Positions 27,505 through 32,000 of a DNA stretch of 32,000 nucleotides are shown piece by piece. The position numbers and the translations under genes were made by a program. The notes beneath the pieces were generated by a model, which was not told the origin of the DNA, searched no databases, and saw nothing but the letters and a program-made list of their open reading frames with translations. Source of the DNA: Nitrososphaerales archaeon (lineage in GTDB: Archaea; Thermoproteota; Nitrososphaeria; Nitrososphaerales; UBA213); contig CBDAOC010000020.1 in assembly GCA_965197925.1 (NCBI GenBank), positions 941,312 through 973,311 of the forward strand, in the 5' to 3' direction. Within the stretch, counting starts at the first letter, position 1, and each line of letters begins with the position of its first letter.

Positions 27505-28065
27505 ATGAACAAGAAGATACTTCTTGTATCTTTGATTAGCACAATAATAATAGGCCTTGTAATAGTATTAGTTCAGGTTCAGATCAGCACCTTACATGGA
27601 GAATTAAATTCTACAGAATCGGAAAAGGGTCACAACATAATGGAAGAGATTATCCCGGAGCAGGTCTCCTACAGGTTCGAACCACAGTCCAAGACTATGA
27701 AAGAATGTGACTTCAGCAAATCTTTCTGTTCCAGCGTGAGATCCATAAAGTTTGATCCATCAGGCTCGCAAGTGGTGGAATTGCTAATGGATCTCCTTTT
27801 CATATTTGGAAGGTCTGTATCATTTGGAGAAGGTGAATTCTTTTCTCCTGCTGGTACTGCTGTAGACAGCAACGACAGAATAATAGTAGCCGATACAGGT
27901 AATAACCGCATTCAGGTATTCGACAGCACTGGCACCTTCCAATTCGCCTTTGGTACCTTTAATGGGGGTGGTCAGCTTGCTTATCCAGAGGATGTTGCAG
28001 TAGATAAGAATGACAGAATAATTGTGGCTGACACATTTAATAATCATATACAGATATTCGGATAA
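27505..28065 (+). CDS. NHL-repeat protein with an N-terminal membrane anchor (only about two NHL blades)
   Basis: MNKKILLVSLISTIIIGLVIVLV, then two NHL-type units (PAGTAVDSNDRIIVADTGNNRIQVFD; PEDVAVDKNDRIIVADTFNNHIQIF). It is short for a six-bladed propeller. Confidence 0.7.
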   Translation: MNKKILLVSLISTIIIGLVIVLVQVQISTLHGELNSTESEKGHNIMEEIIPEQVSYRFEPQSKTMKECDFSKSFCSSVRSIKFDPSGSQVVELLMDLLFIFGRSVSFGEGEFFSPAGTAVDSNDRIIVADTGNNRIQVFDSTGTFQFAFGTFNGGGQLAYPEDVAVDKNDRIIVADTFNNHIQIFG

Positions 28066-28099
28066 TCAATGGTCTTTAGATTTTATATATACAAGCTCT

Positions 28100-28190
28100 G
28101 ATCTGTTCGTTTCGATTCAGGCTACAGATTTGTCTAATTACGCAATAGGTTGTCTAATTACGCAATAGGTTGTCTAATTACGCAATAGGT
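28100..28190 (+). repeat. Left terminus: 31-nt unique end gatctgttcgtttcgattcaggctacagatt plus three copies of the 20-bp iteron tgtctaattacgcaataggt
   Basis: Read directly. Iterons are at 28131-28150, 28151-28170 and 28171-28190. Confidence 0.95.
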
Positions 28191-29125
28191 CTAATATATG
28201 ACGCACATACGATTACAAAGCCTTACTTTGTTTTATTCATCTCCTTCTTGAAGGAATCTCCACAGTACGAACAGCAAAATGCGTATTCTTTTCTACCTAT
28301 CTTTTCTTTTCCATATGACCACCTCTATACATCTTACATCTACAATGGGCGCAGATTGTCAATTTCGGTTCGATGGCCACATGGAGCAAATCACCAGATC
28401 TATGAGTGCAATGAAACTGCAAGTCATCTTAACTCAACTCAATTTTTCCAGCTGATTTCATTTAAACTGGTAATTCTCCAGAAATACGAATATGTTCTAC
28501 GATGTATCTGAAAATAGACTTCCAAATCGATGTATTACATGATTAGCCTAGATTATATCCTTGACCTAATTCCAAATAACTCATGTTACTATGGAGTTAA
28601 CATATTTTAAATCAGCCGAGTTAATCTCTACGAATTTTAATCCGATAGTAGCATAAGATACCATGAAGTCTGGTTCTGACGATGTCTATGGTAATAGGTT
28701 ACTGGTACATGGTAACATGTATTAAAATCATTGCGCACCTTTTTTGAGGAAGAGGATATTCCCCTGTCACTTTTTGTATTATTATTTGGTTCGAATAAAC
28801 TCACTTTTCCACGTTGTAGCTTCACTAAAATGAAGCGTCTAATCCAAGACAATTCGTTAAAGCCTTCCTAGATTCTCTCTAATGTCATTAATAATCCCTA
28901 AATGACATAATATCACGGTAGTTTGACGTAATATAGTGTCACTAATGCCACTACTAACGTATTCAAAGAAATACCGTAATCTTATCCACTAATAACGTAA
29001 ACTGACCCGAATTAAGTATTGCAATGTCTGTTTCATCCAGCGGAAATGATTTGTCTGTATTTCAAATGAACATTATATATGTTGTACCTTACATTTGTAA
29101 ATTGCACACTTTATCTGAACAATAG

Positions 29126-29196
29126 ACCTATTGCGTAATTAGACAACCTATTGCGTAATTAGACAAATCTGTAGCCTGAATCGAAACGAACAGATC
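29126..29196 (-). repeat. Right terminus: two iterons plus the same 31-nt end, exact reverse complement of the left terminus
   Basis: 29126-29145 and 29146-29165 are iteron reverse complements. 29166-29196 is the reverse complement of 28100-28130 (checked base by base). Confidence 0.95.
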
Positions 29197-29294
29197 TACA
29201 TGCTTAAGAGAACTATTGTTATTCATATCTCATGTGATAGTTGCTGTGAAATAATAGCATGATAGAGAGTTTATCATGGGATTATCTGGGTCTG

Positions 29295-29332
29295 ATTGTT
29301 ACTATATCATTTTATTGTTACTATATCATTTT
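29295..29332 (+). repeat. 19-bp direct duplication (attgttactatatcatttt x2)
   Basis: Read directly. Confidence 0.9.
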
Positions 29333-29759
29333 TCGATGTAGGAACTGTGTTATTGTTGTTCCTTGGTCATTTTGAGGAATTTGCAAATATAGTGATGATA
29401 TTCATTTGATTTGGGTTCTACATGGGTGATTCCCTTACGATAATATACCTATAATCATAGCTTATTCCGATTTGCTGAATATTTTTTCTTGGCAATAAGA
29501 TAGTCAGAGCCAAAGATCGCTATCCAACCTACAAAATATGAAACTTGGGGTATCGCTAATTCGTACTGATTAAGAATTTATTTAATGCGCTTTTCTGATA
29601 AGTCCTGACGGCTTATCACTACCTAAATCAAATCCAATGCTAGCACAATGAGCTTGTGTTAATCAAAGGAGAGTTTGGTGCTTTCTTAAAGTTGTAGAAT
29701 ATTGCATTTACACTAATTTCTGGAACATTGCATCTTCCAAGATTTAAGGTCTCGATTAT

Positions 29760-29803
29760 GGACAGTTCTATAAAAGTCCCTGGACAGTTCTATAAAAGTC
29801 CCT
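29760..29803 (+). repeat. 22-bp direct duplication (ggacagttctataaaagtccct x2)
   Basis: Read directly. Confidence 0.9.
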
Positions 29804-30078
29804 AAACTTGAACAGAACCATTCTAGGTCTCTATAGAGGGTTCTATACCAAGACACAATTACTTCAATTTAGATTTGCCATGAGACAAACATATGCTGAT
29901 TTGTTAGTAAGAAAAACAAAATGATCATCGTAAAGGGATGAAAATCATTTCCGAGTTGAATGTAAGTACCCATAATATACGTGAAGAGTTCTCATCTTAG
30001 GAATAGAATCTTTAACCGTTCAAGCATTCAACAACCATCTTGGAAAAGGTTAAATATTCAAATTGACTAATAATATTA

Positions 30079-31089
30079 TTGAATATTTATAAGGTAAAAT
30101 TTCTCCCAAGTTTGGGGAAAATTGCTTTTAATATAGAGGATTCAATTTCCAAGGAAAGACGAAAATTCCTAATACTTACTGCAATCTTCTTTGTGGGTAT
30201 TCTGGCTCTTTTCATGACAACTTCTTGGCTCTCAATATCAACAACAAGAGATCAGTTTGGTGCTGCCCCTGTAGGTGCTTACCCAAATTATTTTGACTTC
30301 ATTCCTGAAAATCTTGTAAATATGGCGATGTACTGGCAGTCACCAAATTATATCATAGTTGATAAAGTTGAGTACATTCTTAACACTCCCCTATTGATTT
30401 ACGGATCATTTGATCCCGAGTACAGCATGGTTACTGGAGCCTTTCCGGTTACCTTGGGCCAAATAATAAGCGTATTATCAATGTCAATTCTATTAGGTGT
30501 TTACACAAACCTATGGTTGCTTGCCAAGAAGAGAGGTTGTAGAATAGATACTGCAACAAAAGGAACAGGTAGTGTAGCTGGAGGTGCAGGAGGGGCAAGC
30601 GGCATATTCTCCATGCTAATACTTGCAGGTTGCTGTGGTGGAACAGGAATAAGCTTTCTGCTCTTCTCGCTACCAATTCTGGGTTCATTCTTCAGTGGCT
30701 TTTATGCCAATTTTGATACAATGACGGTTTTATTGATCTCAATACCTTCCAACCTGTTGTTAATTGGTTTGATAGCATTCATGGCCAGTAAGCAGGTTGG
30801 AGTGTCCACAGAACAAGAGATAGGAAAACTGGGAGCTAAAGCTTGGTCTAAGGTTGCTATCTATCTTGCTATACCAGTAATATTTCTTACAACATTTGCA
30901 TTGGCACTTTACTGGTGGAATTTGCAATCCATTGCAGCAATAATGTCAGGAATGACAGGAGGTCAACAGAATACAACCATAGCCCTGTATGCTACATTAC
31001 CAATATCTTCATCACTGTTTGTAATGTCAGCAGTTGTACAACTGCAAAGGATGTTCCAAAAGCCAAAAACAGTGACAATTTCAACCTAA
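30079..31089 (+). CDS. Polytopic membrane protein of unknown function with a Gly-rich loop and a vicinal Cys pair in a helix
   Basis: 336 codons with about 7-8 hydrophobic segments and the motif GSVAGGAGGASGIFSMLILAGCCGGTGISF. The ORF-track start is TTG. The first ATG (M46) would cut the first helix, so the start is uncertain. Confidence 0.65.
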   Translation: MNIYKVKFLPSLGKIAFNIEDSISKERRKFLILTAIFFVGILALFMTTSWLSISTTRDQFGAAPVGAYPNYFDFIPENLVNMAMYWQSPNYIIVDKVEYILNTPLLIYGSFDPEYSMVTGAFPVTLGQIISVLSMSILLGVYTNLWLLAKKRGCRIDTATKGTGSVAGGAGGASGIFSMLILAGCCGGTGISFLLFSLPILGSFFSGFYANFDTMTVLLISIPSNLLLIGLIAFMASKQVGVSTEQEIGKLGAKAWSKVAIYLAIPVIFLTTFALALYWWNLQSIAAIMSGMTGGQQNTTIALYATLPISSSLFVMSAVVQLQRMFQKPKTVTIST

Positions 31090-31540
31090 GCTTTTAGGAT
31101 TAATGAAACACAATAAGGCAAGTCATGAATTTTAGTTCTAAAAAAAGTTTTTTTGAAATCCATAACGGTCATTTATTCTGTTACACTAGGCCCTTGATTA
31201 CCATTTATTGATGGTTGGTTGACGTTGCAAAATGTAAGTCTAATATTGATGATTACAACAATACATAGAATCTTTCCTGAAGTTATTATTGGATTATTGC
31301 TAGTAACCTATTGGAACAGCAAGAGTGCAAAGTTCAGCAAACTAAATTTGACCGATATTTTTACAGATGCTAAAGATTTCATGAATTAACATATCATGAA
31401 TAAAGTGCTTGTCAGAAAGAGTATACGAGGGGAGACATCAATATTTCAAATAGAGAAAATGGTTCACTCCGTATGTATGCGCCGTCTTGCACGTTGTTGT
31501 TTGGAAATGATGGTGACAGATAATTACCAGAAATTGAATT

Positions 31541-31560
31541 GAAAAATTTATTTATATATT
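31541..31560 (+). promoter_or_regulatory. BRE/TATA-like element (gaaaaatttatttatatatt) upstream of the thermosome gene
   Basis: An A-rich tract followed by tttatttatata ends 26 nt before the ATG at 31586, which is consistent with a leaderless or short-leader archaeal mRNA. Confidence 0.4.
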
Positions 31561-31585
31561 CAAACAACATGAACATTGGTCACAA

Positions 31586-32000
31586 ATGTCTTCTATTCGT
31601 TTACCAACTAATGTTATACCTAATTTCCTTCTAGAGGAAGGAAGCGAGGAGAAGAAGGGTAAGGAGGCTAACATAAACAACTTCACTGCCACCAAACTTA
31701 TTGGCCAGATTGTAAAGTCTGCATTAGGTCCAAGGGCGATGGATAAAATGCTTGTTGATTCATTCCATGAGATTACCGTTACAAGCGATGGATTAACAAT
31801 TCTAAATGAGATAGATATAGCGCATCCTATTGGGAAGCTGATGATTGAGATTGCAAAAGGTGTTGATAGGACAGTAGGAGATGGTACGGTTTCAGTAGTT
31901 CTTCTCGTGGGAGCACTCATCGAGAAGGCAGAGGAATTGATCAACATGGGAATCCATCCTACTATAATTGTGGACGGCTTCTTCAAGGCATCATTAAGAT
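31586..32000 (+). CDS. thsA: Thermosome (group II chaperonin) subunit, 5' part; continues beyond the window
   Basis: My own translation: MSSIRLPTNV...LGPRAMDKMLVDSFHEITVTSDGLTILNEIDIAHPIGKLMIEIAKGVDRTVGDGTVSVVLLVGALIEKAEELINMGIHPTII. It is not in the ORF track because there is no stop in the window. ORF 31552-31986 (minus) is its antisense shadow. Confidence 0.9.
   Translation, partial: MSSIRLPTNVIPNFLLEEGSEEKKGKEANINNFTATKLIGQIVKSALGPRAMDKMLVDSFHEITVTSDGLTILNEIDIAHPIGKLMIEIAKGVDRTVGDGTVSVVLLVGALIEKAEELINMGIHPTIIVDGFFKASLR

Larger units (their letters stand above)
28100..29196. mobile_element. 1097-bp cassette with long perfect terminal inverted repeats and no transposase (candidate non-autonomous element)
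   Basis: See the two TIR features. The interior has no convincing ORF. The minus strand at about 28228-28440 carries a frameshifted TRASH-like zinc motif (CAHC-x22-CCSYC when one base is restored). Confidence 0.6.

Noticed and set aside
28170-28852. ORFs 28170-28511 and 28637-28852 inside the TIR cassette as possible cargo or transposase genes.
   Set aside because: Their translations are low-complexity and rich in aromatic and Ser residues, with no DDE, HUH or recombinase motifs. There is no upstream promoter-like context.
28100-29196. Inverted iteron clusters as a replication origin (ORB-like boxes).
   Set aside because: The clusters are about 1 kb apart rather than flanking a short AT-rich unwinding element. 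No orc1/cdc6 gene is adjacent. The exact 71-nt arm identity fits a mobile-element terminus better.
29393-29477. Possible C/D-box sRNA (gtgatga ... ctga).
   Set aside because: The box spacing (about 80 nt) and the absence of proper D' and C' boxes at the expected 12-nt guide distances do not fit archaeal C/D sRNAs.
31552-31986. 144-aa minus-strand ORF.
   Set aside because: It is an antisense shadow of the thermosome gene, which is unmistakable on the plus strand.

Overview
AT-rich archaeal chromosomal window from an ammonia-oxidising archaeon (Nitrososphaeria/Thaumarchaeota). I read the ammonia monooxygenase proteins directly from the ORF track: amoB on the minus strand (7136-7693), then amoC, amoX and amoA on the plus strand (7962-9841). 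The low GC and the amoB/C/X/A order suggest a Nitrosocosmicus-like lineage, but this is only an inference and needs a database search. Other well-supported genes are a K+-independent-type membrane H+-pyrophosphatase, a glyoxylate/hydroxypyruvate reductase-type dehydrogenase, a plastocyanin-like blue copper protein, a stand-alone RAM-domain protein, a sugar-phosphate isomerase/epimerase (TIM barrel), an NHL-repeat protein, a partial divergent thermosome subunit, and two intron-containing tRNAs (Thr-GGU, Leu-UAA). The window carries many mobile elements and decayed genes. There are six IS-derived segments from four IS types, and only one keeps intact reading frames. An AMP-forming acyl/acetyl-CoA synthetase has one frameshift plus one in-frame TGA, and a radical-SAM gene has one in-frame TAG. 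I found no recognisable defence system or CRISPR array. The structures that ordinary annotation does not explain are: (1) a spacerless array of 18 perfect 29-bp tandem repeats that abuts an IS end; (2) a 1.1-kb cassette with no transposase, bounded by 71-nt perfect inverted termini built from a 31-nt unique end plus 20-bp iterons (three on the left, two on the right); (3) a membrane-anchored protein made of two in-frame TAXI-type solute-binding modules whose DNA alternates 100 percent identical blocks with strongly diverged patches; (4) a scrambled IS-in-IS chimera with a 166-bp direct duplication and a 36-nt inverted patch. All homology calls come from motif recognition by eye and none has been checked against a database. 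Coordinates of IS ends, introns and start codons are approximate where stated.
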